Made by a program: the position numbers and the translations under genes. This document shows positions 41,285 through 51,192 of a stretch of DNA of 64,000 nucleotides, piece after piece (positions within the stretch are counted from its first letter, which is position 1; the number at the start of each line of letters is the position of its first letter). The DNA comes from a bacterium (GTDB lineage: Bacteria > JAAXHH01), in the NCBI GenBank assembly GCA_965203885.1, contig OZ241920.1, forward strand, positions 3,611,372-3,675,371, given 5' to 3'. Under the pieces are notes generated by a model. It was not told where the DNA came from. It searched no databases and was given only the letters and a program-made list of their open reading frames with translations.

Positions 41285-42718
41285 TTGAATCGTCGGCCGG
41301 TCATTCATCTCGTCCTGCGTTGTTTCCTCTTCACGGGCGTACTCTTCCATGCCGGCGGCCCGGCCGCCGTTTCGGCGCAGGACCGCCTGGTGATCGTCTC
41401 CCCGCACTGGGAAGGCATCCGCTACGAATTCACCCGGGGCTTCGACGCGTATTACCGGGAGGATACCGGACGAGGCGTCGAGATCGAGTGGATGGACGTG
41501 GGCGGCACTTCCGAGATCATCCGGTTCATAAAGTCCGAATTTACCGGCAAGCCGGACGGCATCGGCATCGACATGATGTTCGGCGGGGGCAGCGACCCGT
41601 TCGTGGAACTGGCCCGCCTCGGCCTGCTTGCGCCCTACCGGCTGCCCGACGCCCTGCTCGCGGGACTGCCCGCCGAGGCGGGAGGCTACCCGCTATACGA
41701 CGGGGAATACCGGTGGTACGGCGCGACGATGGCCGGATTCGGCATCATGTACAACAAGCGGGTGGCGCAGCTCGTGGAGTTGCCCTTGCCGGAGACCTGG
41801 GAAGACCTGACCGACCCCCGGCTCTACTCGTGGGTCGGCGCGGCCGATCCCCGGAAGAGCGGCAGCGCGCACGTGCCCTTCGAGATCATCCTGCAGGTCT
41901 ACGGCTGGGAACGGGGCTGGCAGATCATTACCGCCCTGGGCGCCAACGCCCGGGGATTCGCGAATTCGGGAAGCCAGGTGCCCAAGGACGTGACTTCCGG
42001 CGAAGTGGCCTACGGGATGGCCATCGATTTCTACGCCTGGGCCCAGATCAACGCCGTGGGACCTGAAATGATCGGCTACACCATGCCGGACAATCTCACG
42101 ATTCTGAATCCGGACGGAATCTCCATCCTGAAGGGCGCGCCCAACCCGGCGGTGGCGCAGTCGTTCCTGCGCTACGTCCTGTCCGGGGCCGGCCAGCGCC
42201 TGTGGATGCAGAAGCCGGGCACGCCGGGCGGTCCGGAGCGGTTCCAGTTGAACCGGTTCACGGTGCTGCCCCACCTGTACCAGCGCATCGATCCGGCGCA
42301 TACCTCGGTCACGTTCAATCCGTTTACGTGGGAATCGACCTTCGTGTACGATGCCGGGAAAGGCGCGGCGCGGCGTCATATCGTCGACGACATGATCGGC
42401 GTATTCGTAATCGACGCCCACGCGGCCCTGCAGCGGACGTGGCGGCGCGCCATCGAGACGGGAGACGTGGAGCGGGTCCTGCCCGCCCTGGGGGCCGTGC
42501 CCATCACGGAGGCGGAATCCCTGGCCCTGGGCGACCGCTGGCGGGACCAGGCTTTCAGAAACCGGACCCTGCTCTCGTGGAGCAGACTGGCGGCCGGGAA
42601 GTACGGCTCGGGCGCGTCCGGATGGGCCGGCGCAAGGTACATGCTCTTCTCCGGCAGCGGGCTGGTGCTGGCGGGGATGGTCCTGTACCTTTGGAGGCTG
42701 AAGCGGAGAAGCCGCTGA
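41285..42718 (+). CDS. ABC transporter substrate-binding protein (Fe3+/thiamine/polyamine class)
   Basis: IVSPH, DMMFGGG, TWEDL, ADPRKSGS; C-terminal hydrophobic segment. Confidence 0.82.
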   Translation: MNRRPVIHLVLRCFLFTGVLFHAGGPAAVSAQDRLVIVSPHWEGIRYEFTRGFDAYYREDTGRGVEIEWMDVGGTSEIIRFIKSEFTGKPDGIGIDMMFGGGSDPFVELARLGLLAPYRLPDALLAGLPAEAGGYPLYDGEYRWYGATMAGFGIMYNKRVAQLVELPLPETWEDLTDPRLYSWVGAADPRKSGSAHVPFEIILQVYGWERGWQIITALGANARGFANSGSQVPKDVTSGEVAYGMAIDFYAWAQINAVGPEMIGYTMPDNLTILNPDGISILKGAPNPAVAQSFLRYVLSGAGQRLWMQKPGTPGGPERFQLNRFTVLPHLYQRIDPAHTSVTFNPFTWESTFVYDAGKGAARRHIVDDMIGVFVIDAHAALQRTWRRAIETGDVERVLPALGAVPITEAESLALGDRWRDQAFRNRTLLSWSRLAAGKYGSGASGWAGARYMLFSGSGLVLAGMVLYLWRLKRRSR

Positions 42719-42758
42719 TCGGCGCGCAGGGAGAACGGACGGCCCGGCGTCTGATCGG

Positions 42759-42832
42759 CACGGCCCGTAGCGGCTCGTCGAGTCGGCGCGGCCCGTAACG
42801 GCACGGTCCGTAGCGGCGCGTCGAGTCGGCGC
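42759..42832. repeat. ~32-bp direct repeat x2
   Basis: cacgg(c/t)ccgtagcggc(t/g)cgtcgagtcggcgcg. Confidence 0.75.
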
Positions 42833-42891
42833 GCAGGGATGCGTGTTTTTTCATACCCTGAATGGTTTTTCACATATAGGGAAACCGGAGC

Positions 42892-43977
42892 ATGGTCAGT
42901 CTTACCCTGCAGGGCATCACCCGGAAATTCGGTGACGTGACGGCGGTCGACGACGTGTCCCTGGAGATCGCAAGGGGCGAGTTGTTCTTTCTGCTGGGCC
43001 CTTCCGGCTGCGGCAAGACGACCCTCCTGCGGTTGATCGCCGGGTTCTATGCGCCCGATGCGGGTAGCATCCTGTTCGACGGCCAGGAGGTGACGCGGAG
43101 GCCGCCACACCGGAGGAACACGGGCATGGTGTTCCAGAACTACGCGCTCTGGCCGCACATGTCCGTCCGGGAGAACGTGGCCTACGGACTCGTCCTGCGC
43201 AAGTTGCCGCCGCCGGAACGGAACGGCCGCGTCGACGAAGCGCTGGGCATGGTTCGGATGGAACGCTACGGGGAGCGGTCTCCGAACCAGTTGTCCGGCG
43301 GCCAGCAGCAGCGCGTGGCCCTTGCCCGCGCCCTCGTGATCCGGCCCGACGTGGTGCTGCTGGACGAGCCGCTGTCCAACCTGGACGCCCGGCTCCGCCT
43401 CGAAATGCGCGACGAGATCCGGCGGATACACGACGAGACCGGCACGACGATGATCTACGTGACCCACGACCAGAAGGAGGCCCTGTCCATGGCGGACCGC
43501 GTGGCCGTGATGGATTCGGGGGCCGTTGTCCAGACCGGCGAACCGAGGTCGATCTACGACCGGCCCGCGAACGCTTTCGTGGCGGACTTCATCGGGGAGA
43601 CGAATTTCGTGGCGGGAAGGTTGACGCGCTCGGACCTTCCCCTGGCCGTCGAGACCGCGGTCGGCACGCTCCATTCGACGGTCGAACCCGCCGAGGACCT
43701 GTCGCCCGGGGACGAAGTGGTCTGCTCCGTCCGGCCCGAGGCCATCCGGGTTTCGGGACCGGACGCCGCCTCCGGAGAGGAAGAGAACGTCATGGCCGGC
43801 GTCGTCCGCCAGACCGTCTACCTCGGCGACCACGAGCAGTATACGGTCCGGCTGGACGACGGCACGCCGGTCAAGCTGGTGGACCATCGCCCCGGCCGGC
43901 GCCTTGCCGCCCCCGGCGCGCCCATCCGGCTGTCATGCGACCCCTCCCAGGTCGTCGTGCTCGGAAAACCGGGATAA
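42892..43977 (+). CDS. ABC transporter ATP-binding protein (FbpC/PotA-like)
   Basis: GPSGCGKT, LSGGQQQR, LLDEPLSNLD, TOBE tail. Confidence 0.93.
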   Translation: MVSLTLQGITRKFGDVTAVDDVSLEIARGELFFLLGPSGCGKTTLLRLIAGFYAPDAGSILFDGQEVTRRPPHRRNTGMVFQNYALWPHMSVRENVAYGLVLRKLPPPERNGRVDEALGMVRMERYGERSPNQLSGGQQQRVALARALVIRPDVVLLDEPLSNLDARLRLEMRDEIRRIHDETGTTMIYVTHDQKEALSMADRVAVMDSGAVVQTGEPRSIYDRPANAFVADFIGETNFVAGRLTRSDLPLAVETAVGTLHSTVEPAEDLSPGDEVVCSVRPEAIRVSGPDAASGEEENVMAGVVRQTVYLGDHEQYTVRLDDGTPVKLVDHRPGRRLAAPGAPIRLSCDPSQVVVLGKPG

Positions 43978-44005
43978 CGGTTGCGGTACCGCGGACCTTA
44001 CGCCC

Positions 44006-45706
44006 ATGAAACGAACCCCATTCGATCTTTCGGACCTCACGCCCGGCGTCGTCGCCATCCTGGCCGTGCTCGTCCTGTTCTTCGGCCTCTTCCTGTTCTA
44101 TCCGATCCTGCACGTCCTGCTGAACGCCTTCTACTCGGACGACCGGTTCTCCATGGAGTTCTTCGGGCTGATGCTGCAGAGCCCGGTCCAGCAACGCGCC
44201 CTGTTGAACAGCTTCGAACTGGGCATCGTCACCACCGCCCTGACGACGATTATCGCCCTGCCCATGGCCTACGCCCTGGTCCGGTACGATTTCATCGGGA
44301 AGGGCCTGCTGGGCGGACTCGCGCTGGTGCCCATGATCATGCCGCCCTTCGTGGGCGCCATCGGGATGAAGCAGATGTTCGCCCGCTTCGGCTCGATCAA
44401 CCTGTTCCTGCTCGAGACGGGCCTCATCGACGCGCCCATCGACTGGTTCGGCGGCGGCGGATTCTGGGGCGTGGTGATCCTCGAAGCGCTGCACCTCTAC
44501 CCCATCATGTACCTGAACATCGCCGCCGGGCTGGCCAACGTGGACCCGAGCCTGGAGGAGTCGGCCCGCAACGTGGGCGCGGGCGGCTTCCGCCTGTTCC
44601 GCACCATCACGTTCCCCCTCATGCTGCCCGGGTACTTCGCCGGCGCGATCATCGTGTTCATCTGGGCGTTCACCGATCTCGGCACGCCCCTGATCTTCGA
44701 ATTCCGCGAGGTGGTGGCGGTCCAGATCTTCAACATGTCCACCGACGTCCACGCGAATCCCCTGGGATACGCCCTCGTCGTCTTCGTCGTCCTGGTCACC
44801 CTCGTCCTTTTCTACCTCTCCAAGAAGTTCTTCGGCGGCCGCCATTACGAGATGGTCGCCCGCGGCCACGTGACGTCGGCCTCGAAACGGGCGACCTCGC
44901 TCGAGACCGTCCTGATCTGGACCATGCTCTTGGCCATCACGGGCATCGCGCTGATACCCCACCTCAGCGTGGTCCTCACGTCCGTGACCGAGCGGTGGTT
45001 CATGACCGTGCTTCCATCCGATTATACCGCGGCCTATTACGGGCAGATCTTCGTGCACGACCTGACCCTGCTCTCCATCAGGAACAGCCTGTGGCTCAGC
45101 GTGATGAGCACCGTCATCGATATCGTCCTCGGCGTCGCCATCGCCTACCTGCTGACCCGGCGCCGCTTCCCGTTCCGGGACACCCTGGACGCCGTGGCCA
45201 TGTTGCCCCTGGCGCTGCCGGGCCTGGTACTCGCGTTCGGCTACATCTCCGGCTTCTCGGGGACTTTCCTGGACGTCCGCGTCTCTCCCGTGCCCCTGCT
45301 GATCATCGCCTACGCCGTGCGCCGCCTTCCCTACATGGTGCGGGCGGCCTACGCCGGGTTCCAGCAGATGAGCGTCACCCTGGAAGAAGCCTCCATGAAC
45401 ATGGGCGCCGGCCCCTTGAGAACGCTGTGGAAAATAACCATGCCGCTCGTACTCGCCAACGTGGCGGCGGGTGCCATCCTGTCCTTCTCCTTCGCCATGC
45501 TCGAAGTGAGCGACAGCCTGATCCTGGCCATCAAGGAACAGTACTATCCCATTACCAAGGCCATCTACAGCCTCATGGGCCGCATCACCGACGGGCCCTA
45601 CATGGCGAGCGCCATGGGCATGCTGGGCATGATCCTTCTGGCATGCAGTTTGCTGTTTACTGGTAAGGTACTCGGCAAGAGAATGGGCCAGCTGTTCAAG
45701 GTGTAG
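44006..45706 (+). CDS. Iron-type ABC transporter permease (FbpB-like, duplicated domain)
   Basis: Two EAA loops (LEESARNVGA, LEEASMNMGA). Confidence 0.9.
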   Translation: MKRTPFDLSDLTPGVVAILAVLVLFFGLFLFYPILHVLLNAFYSDDRFSMEFFGLMLQSPVQQRALLNSFELGIVTTALTTIIALPMAYALVRYDFIGKGLLGGLALVPMIMPPFVGAIGMKQMFARFGSINLFLLETGLIDAPIDWFGGGGFWGVVILEALHLYPIMYLNIAAGLANVDPSLEESARNVGAGGFRLFRTITFPLMLPGYFAGAIIVFIWAFTDLGTPLIFEFREVVAVQIFNMSTDVHANPLGYALVVFVVLVTLVLFYLSKKFFGGRHYEMVARGHVTSASKRATSLETVLIWTMLLAITGIALIPHLSVVLTSVTERWFMTVLPSDYTAAYYGQIFVHDLTLLSIRNSLWLSVMSTVIDIVLGVAIAYLLTRRRFPFRDTLDAVAMLPLALPGLVLAFGYISGFSGTFLDVRVSPVPLLIIAYAVRRLPYMVRAAYAGFQQMSVTLEEASMNMGAGPLRTLWKITMPLVLANVAAGAILSFSFAMLEVSDSLILAIKEQYYPITKAIYSLMGRITDGPYMASAMGMLGMILLACSLLFTGKVLGKRMGQLFKV

Positions 45707-45897
45707 AACCAACGGACAGGAAAACGCGTATAATCAGGTATGCGTAAGCGTGGCCGCGAACTCGCCGCAGGCTGGATGAGATGCCATGCGGTCTCGCATG
45801 ATCGGACCCGGTCGCGCAGGGCCGAGTGTTCGGACCCGGTCTCGCTGTTCGAACCCGGTCTCGCAGGGTTAACCCGATCCAGGTTAGGGCGTATCTT

Positions 45898-46704
45898 ATG
45901 TCCACCTTCAAACTGGATGAAAATCGAAAGCGTCAATCCAGGTTTTCCAGAATGCGCCAGCGTCTCAAGCGAACGATGGTGTCCGGACTGATCGCACTCA
46001 TTCCGCTCACGATAACCATTGCCGTCCTGAGCTGGCTGCTGACCTGGCTGGACTCCTTCGCCGCGCCGGTCATACGCGGATTGCTGGGACTGGACACCCG
46101 CATCCCCGGACTGGGTATCCTGCTCATGCTGATCGTGATTTACCTGGCCGGTTTCGTAGCGTCGAACGTGTTGGGGAGGAGGGTGATCAACTGGTTCGAG
46201 AACCAGGTCATGCGGCTGCCCGTCGCGCGGCGGGTCTACCATACCGTCAAGAAGCTGCTGGATACGTTCACGACGGTGGGGGAGAACCAGGTCTGGACGA
46301 CGGTCCTGGTCGAGTACCCGCGCCGCGACGCCTGGATGATCGCCTTCATCGCCGGCGAGATCCCGATCGAGGACGGCCGCGAGGAAATGGTCAGCGTGTT
46401 CGTGCCCAATACGCCCAATCCGGCGGCCGGGCGCGTACTGATCGTGCCCAGGCGGGACGTGATACCCGTGGATCTGCCGGTCGAAGACGCCCTGGAATTC
46501 GTCGTTTCCGGCGGCACCGCCTTCAGCAACGTTCTGACGCTGCCTTCGCTGCAGGCGCGCGAACGAAAGGTAGCCCGGCAAGACCTTCCGGGCTCCGCGC
46601 CGCGGGGTGAACAGTCGGTCCCCGCCTCACGCGGCAACCGGTTGGCGCCAGCAGCCACGGGCGACCACCGCGCTCCCCTGGTCCGGGCCGACGACACGGC
46701 GTAA
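45898..46704 (+). CDS. DUF502 membrane protein
   Basis: GLIALIPLTIT, IPGLG, VLVEYPR, VFVPNTPNP, VSGG. Confidence 0.88.
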   Translation: MSTFKLDENRKRQSRFSRMRQRLKRTMVSGLIALIPLTITIAVLSWLLTWLDSFAAPVIRGLLGLDTRIPGLGILLMLIVIYLAGFVASNVLGRRVINWFENQVMRLPVARRVYHTVKKLLDTFTTVGENQVWTTVLVEYPRRDAWMIAFIAGEIPIEDGREEMVSVFVPNTPNPAAGRVLIVPRRDVIPVDLPVEDALEFVVSGGTAFSNVLTLPSLQARERKVARQDLPGSAPRGEQSVPASRGNRLAPAATGDHRAPLVRADDTA

Positions 46705-46830
46705 GGCCGCCGTTCCCGGGAAATTTCGCAAAAGCCTTGTGTTTTCTTATCTTTATAGTGAATAATAGTAAATACTTACCGTCCACGTCGGGATGACGTA
46801 ACGTAACCTGCGCCGAGGGAATCCGCTCCG

Positions 46831-48384
46831 ATGTTCGATCTGGTCAACCTGATTGACATTTTCATCATAGCGGCCTTGATCTACAGCCTCTACATGTGGC
46901 TGAAGGGGACCCGTGCGTACCATATCCTGATCGGCCTGGGCATCCTGGGCATCCTGTACAGCATCGCGAACTGGAGCGGGCTGCTCCTCACCAGCCAGAT
47001 TCTGCAGTATCTCCTGGGTGTTACCCTCCTCCTGATCATCGTCGTGTTCCAGCCGGAGATCAGGCAGCTCCTGGAGCGGGTCAGCCCCCTGGTCATTTTC
47101 AGGCTTCAATCCAGCCCCGTCTCCCGGCGCATCCTGAAGGAGATCACCGAGGCCTGCTTCGAGCTTTCGGAGAAACGCATCGGCGGCCTGCTGGTCTTCC
47201 CCCGGGCGACCGGGATCTCCGGCGTCGTGCAGCACGGCGTAAAGCTCGACAGTCTCGTGAGCCAGGAACTGATCGTCAGCATCTTCCATCCATCTTCGCC
47301 GATTCACGACGGCGCGATTATCGTGGAAAAGGACCGCGTGGTCGAAGCCGCCACGTATCTGCCGCTATCGACCCGCGAGCACCTGCCGCCCCGGTACGGC
47401 ACGCGGCACCGGGCGGCGCTCGGCGTGTCGGAACTCGGCGATACGTTCTGCGTCGTGGTGTCCGAGGAGAGCGGCGAGGTATCCATCGCGTCCGGCGGGG
47501 ACATCTCGGCCACGGCCGACAGGGAGAAGCTGTGGCAGGCGCTCGAGAAGTCGCTGCTGCCGATCGAGATCCCCCGAAGCAGGCTTTCGCCGCGGGAAGC
47601 ATGGAAGAAAATCATCGCCCTCCGGCCGGGATACCGTTTCAACCGCAGCAACCTCTCGGCCAAGTTGGCGTCCATCGGCGTGGCGTGCCTGCTCTGGTTC
47701 ATGTTGATCGGGCGGCAGCAGTCCGAGATCGCCATAACCGCCGCCCTCGAATTCCAGAACATCCCGACCAACATCGAGTTGATCAGCAGTTCGACCGGCG
47801 AGGTAAACGTCCGCGTGCGGGGGCCGCAGGGGAGCATTTCGACGCTGACGGCGGATCAGGTCCGCGTAATGGTAGACCTGGACGATATCGAACCGGGGAC
47901 GCGTACCATGCCGCTCACGGAGGCGAACGTGGAGCTGCCCTTCGGCGTGGAAGCCACTTCCATTGATCCGAGAAGCCTGACCATCCGATCCGATCGGATC
48001 GTGAACAGGCGGATCATGGTCGACTACGACCTGACCGGCCAGCTCCCCGAAGGGCTGGAACTCGCGCGGGACGTCACGGTAGAACCGCCTTCGGTGCCGA
48101 TCACCGGCCGTGAAATGGAGCTCGACCAGATCGAGCGGATCGTAACGTCGCCCTCGATCGACCTGGCCGAGCTCACCGCAAGCCAGGTTTTCGACTGCCG
48201 GTTGAAAATCCTTCCGCAAAACCTCACGTACACCTCTTTCAGCATCGAGGACCGCGAGGTCAGGGTCCATATCGATCTGCAGCCCGTCGGCGATGGTCAA
48301 TCGGTTTACGGAGAATCCGACGGACTGGCCCGGGTGGCGGCTTCCACGCAGGCCCGTCGGGATAACCGGCTGAATTCACCTTGA
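46831..48384 (+). CDS. cdaA: Diadenylate cyclase (CdaA) fused to YbbR/CdaR domains
   Basis: 3 TM segments, FQPEIR, PIHDGA, GTRHRAALG, VSEESG; then a TM segment and YbbR-like repeats. Confidence 0.9.
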   Translation: MFDLVNLIDIFIIAALIYSLYMWLKGTRAYHILIGLGILGILYSIANWSGLLLTSQILQYLLGVTLLLIIVVFQPEIRQLLERVSPLVIFRLQSSPVSRRILKEITEACFELSEKRIGGLLVFPRATGISGVVQHGVKLDSLVSQELIVSIFHPSSPIHDGAIIVEKDRVVEAATYLPLSTREHLPPRYGTRHRAALGVSELGDTFCVVVSEESGEVSIASGGDISATADREKLWQALEKSLLPIEIPRSRLSPREAWKKIIALRPGYRFNRSNLSAKLASIGVACLLWFMLIGRQQSEIAITAALEFQNIPTNIELISSSTGEVNVRVRGPQGSISTLTADQVRVMVDLDDIEPGTRTMPLTEANVELPFGVEATSIDPRSLTIRSDRIVNRRIMVDYDLTGQLPEGLELARDVTVEPPSVPITGREMELDQIERIVTSPSIDLAELTASQVFDCRLKILPQNLTYTSFSIEDREVRVHIDLQPVGDGQSVYGESDGLARVAASTQARRDNRLNSP

Positions 48385-48418
48385 CTTAGCCTTACGTCCC
48401 TTCCTATTTTCCCATCCC

Positions 48419-49423
48419 ATGAGCTATCCTTCCCCGATCTGGTCGGCGGCGGCATGGGTGACCTGCGCCGCGCTGCTTTCGATCGCTTCCGTATCCGCGG
48501 ACACGGGGCCGTCCGCCGGACTTTCTCCGGCAGACGGCTCACTCGATGCGCCGACTCCTGCCGTGGACGCGGCACCCGCGGAGGCGGACGCGGCACCCGC
48601 GGTGGTGGACGCGGCACCCGTCAGGTCGAGCTGGCGGAGCGCGGGAATCCGTGTGCGAGCCCGGGCCGCGCTTGTCGTCGATATCCAGAAGGGCGAGGTC
48701 ATCTACCAGAAGAATGCCACGTCGCCGTTCCCGGTCGCGAGTATCACGAAACTGATGACCGCGGTGACCTATATGGGGCTGGACCCCGACCTGGACAAGC
48801 GCGTCAGCATTACACGAAGGGACATGTACCGGGCAAACTGGACCAAGCTGAGGTACGGGGAGCGGGTCTCGGCGAAGGACCTGCTTTACGCAACCCTGAT
48901 CGCTTCGGACAACGCGGCGGCCCGTGCGCTGGCACGGGCTTCGGGCCTGACGATCAAGGCGTTCGTGGAGCGGATGAACGAAACGGCGGTTTCCCTCGGC
49001 CTGGCGAACTCGCGTTTCGTCGAACCCACCGGACTGGACTCCGGCAATGTTTCGACGGCAGTGGACTGCGTAGCCCTTCTCTGGACCGCGCTGCAGGACG
49101 AATTGCTGGCGGAAATCCTGCTTGCGAAAGAGCACAGGTTCGGCACGAACAGGCGCACGCATACCATCCGCACCACCAACCGGCTGGCGCGCGACCAGGC
49201 GAATGCAAGTCAGTGGGCGTGCATGGGCAGCAAGACCGGGTACATCCGCCGGGCCGGATACTGTCTCGTCATGCGCGCGCTTTCAGACTCGGGAGATGAC
49301 ATTTACGCCGTCGTCCTTGGCGGACCGACCAGCCGGACCCGCTTCACGGACATGAAGCGCCTGGTCGACTGGAGCGTGAAGGACAGCCGCGGCACGGAAC
49401 CGCGGGCCGGGGTTGGCGGCTGA
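48419..49423 (+). CDS. D-alanyl-D-alanine endo/carboxypeptidase (peptidase S11, PbpG-like)
   Basis: SITK, SDN, KTG motifs; signal peptide; 21-bp repeats in the linker. Confidence 0.9.
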   Translation: MSYPSPIWSAAAWVTCAALLSIASVSADTGPSAGLSPADGSLDAPTPAVDAAPAEADAAPAVVDAAPVRSSWRSAGIRVRARAALVVDIQKGEVIYQKNATSPFPVASITKLMTAVTYMGLDPDLDKRVSITRRDMYRANWTKLRYGERVSAKDLLYATLIASDNAAARALARASGLTIKAFVERMNETAVSLGLANSRFVEPTGLDSGNVSTAVDCVALLWTALQDELLAEILLAKEHRFGTNRRTHTIRTTNRLARDQANASQWACMGSKTGYIRRAGYCLVMRALSDSGDDIYAVVLGGPTSRTRFTDMKRLVDWSVKDSRGTEPRAGVGG

Positions 49424-49461
49424 CGGCATTCGGAGTGATGACGGCATTTGGAGTGATGACG
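49421..49461. repeat. 18-bp tandem repeat beginning at the stop codon
   Basis: tgacggcatt(c/t)ggagtga x2 plus a partial copy. Confidence 0.8.
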
Positions 49462-49508
49462 ATCGATCAGCGTCAGGACGGACGCATCTTCAACAGTAAG
49501 GAGACGGT

Positions 49509-49676
49509 ATGCTGGCGACGATTGGTTTCAGCGTGATCGGAACGGCTATCCTGGGTCTTGTGGCGATCGGCCTGGTCTACCTGATGGCCCTTGCCGGAGG
49601 CGGACAGCGCGTACGGGCCCCCGGAGCGCGCGCGGGCGGCAGGACCCGGCCCAACCGGCCCGGCGGCCGCAGATAA
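49509..49676 (+). CDS. Small 55-aa single-TM protein with Arg/Gly tail
   Basis: TAAGGAG RBS; MLATIGFSVIGTAILGLVAIGLVYLMALAGGGQRVRAPGARAGGRTRPNRPGGRR; below the ORF-track cut-off. Confidence 0.6.
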   Translation: MLATIGFSVIGTAILGLVAIGLVYLMALAGGGQRVRAPGARAGGRTRPNRPGGRR

Positions 49677-49692
49677 TCCGGAGCTTCCCGCG

Positions 49693-50382
49693 ATGACCTT
49701 CTTCCGCACAAGCGTGACCGCCCTCCTGCTCTGCGGCCTCGCCTCCGGATGGACGGCTTCTCACGGGCGGGCGGCCGGGACCGAAGACGGCAGGCTGACC
49801 ATCGCGCGGATGAAGTACGACGGCGGGGGCGACTGGTACAACGACCCCGAGGCGATACCCAACCTGGCCCGCGAGCTGCAACTGCGGGCGGGCATCGAGA
49901 CGAACCTGGACCAGCGCGTCGTTACCCTGACCGATGACCTGTTGTTCTCCTCCCCCTTCCTCTTCATGACCGGCCACGGCGAAGTAAAGTGGACCGGGCC
50001 GGAAGTCCGCAACCTGCGCAAGTACCTGACGCGCGGCGGGTTTCTCTATGCCGACGACGACTATGGCATGGACAGGGCGTTTCGCCGGGAAATGAAGCGC
50101 GTCTTCCCCGGCCAGGAGTTCGTCGAGCTGCCCTTCGATCATCCGATCTATCACATCATCTACGACTTCCCGGCCGGTCCGCCCAAACATCATGAGCATG
50201 ACGGCAAGCCGCCCCAGGGACTCGGTCTCTTCCACGACGGCCGGCTGGTGGTGTATTACACGTACGAAAGCAATGTCAGCGACGGCTGGGCCGACGAAAA
50301 GACCCATAACGATCCGCCGGCGAAACGCGAGTCCGCTTTTCGCATGGGGATCAACATAGTCGCCTACGCGCTCTATCGTTGA
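49693..50382 (+). CDS. DUF4159 domain protein (secreted)
   Basis: YDGGGDWY, PFLFMTGHG, GGFLYADD, ELPFDHPIY, SDGW, MGINI. Confidence 0.85.
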   Translation: MTFFRTSVTALLLCGLASGWTASHGRAAGTEDGRLTIARMKYDGGGDWYNDPEAIPNLARELQLRAGIETNLDQRVVTLTDDLLFSSPFLFMTGHGEVKWTGPEVRNLRKYLTRGGFLYADDDYGMDRAFRREMKRVFPGQEFVELPFDHPIYHIIYDFPAGPPKHHEHDGKPPQGLGLFHDGRLVVYYTYESNVSDGWADEKTHNDPPAKRESAFRMGINIVAYALYR

Positions 50383-50407
50383 CGCGCTAACCCGCTTGCC
50401 GTATACT
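50379..50407 (+). promoter_or_regulatory. Sigma70-like promoter
   Basis: TTGACG-17 bp-TATACT. Confidence 0.7.
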
Positions 50408-50508
50408 GAAACCTGGACGGCGCAACGAACGTCTAACCTGTAAAGACCATTCGACCGCCGAACCGCGGTGCAAAGACCCACGAAGGAACCAGGAAAAGGA
50501 GTGCCATC

Positions 50509-50847
50509 ATGAACCTCTGGCAAACGATCAAGTCGGAACTGGACGGTCCGTTCGAAACCGTGCGCAAGAGCCTGTCCGGCGCGCTGGACATGGCGGAAGA
50601 CCTCACGCGGAAAGGCCGGATCAAGCTCGAGATCCAGTCGGCCCGCGCCGATATCCGCAACCAACTGACCGAACTGGGCGGCCGCGTACACCAGATGGTG
50701 GTCGAGGAAGAAACCACCGACGTGTCGGGAGACGCGGAGGTGAATGGCATCCTTGAACGCATCAAGGCGTCGCAGGATAGCATCGCGGACCATGAAGAAG
50801 AGCTGCGGCGCGAGGATGAGGAACGGGCGGAGAAGAAGGCCTCCTGA
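50509..50847 (+). CDS. Hypothetical coiled-coil protein
   Basis: AAGGAG RBS, upstream promoter, host-like codon usage. Confidence 0.75.
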   Translation: MNLWQTIKSELDGPFETVRKSLSGALDMAEDLTRKGRIKLEIQSARADIRNQLTELGGRVHQMVVEEETTDVSGDAEVNGILERIKASQDSIADHEEELRREDEERAEKKAS

Positions 50848-50863
50848 CGCGGCGTCCATAACG

Positions 50864-50979
50864 CGGCGTACTCCAGGCGCGTCGTTCCGCCGGCGCGGCT
50901 TCCCGGCGTACTCCAGGCACGTCGTTCCGCCGGCGCGGCTTCCCGGCGGCTTCCAGGCGCGTCGTTCCGCCGGCGCGGC
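50864..50979. repeat. 40-bp tandem repeat x3
   Basis: cggcgtactccaggcgcgtcgttccgccggcgcggcttcc. Confidence 0.9.
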
Positions 50980-51192
50980 GGTACCGCGCAGTCCGACCAT
51001 AAGTCCACCGGCCCCGGCATGGCACAGACCCATGCCGGGGTTTTTCTGTTTCACCGGCCCCGGGAATCGTCCATGGGGCTTCCCTCCCGCCGCTCAATAA
51101 GCGTACGGCCAGATCCCAGGCTGTTACGTTTTCCTTGATTTAGACCGGCGGTCCCATACAATTTCAGGTCATCCACTCCACCACCTGAAACC

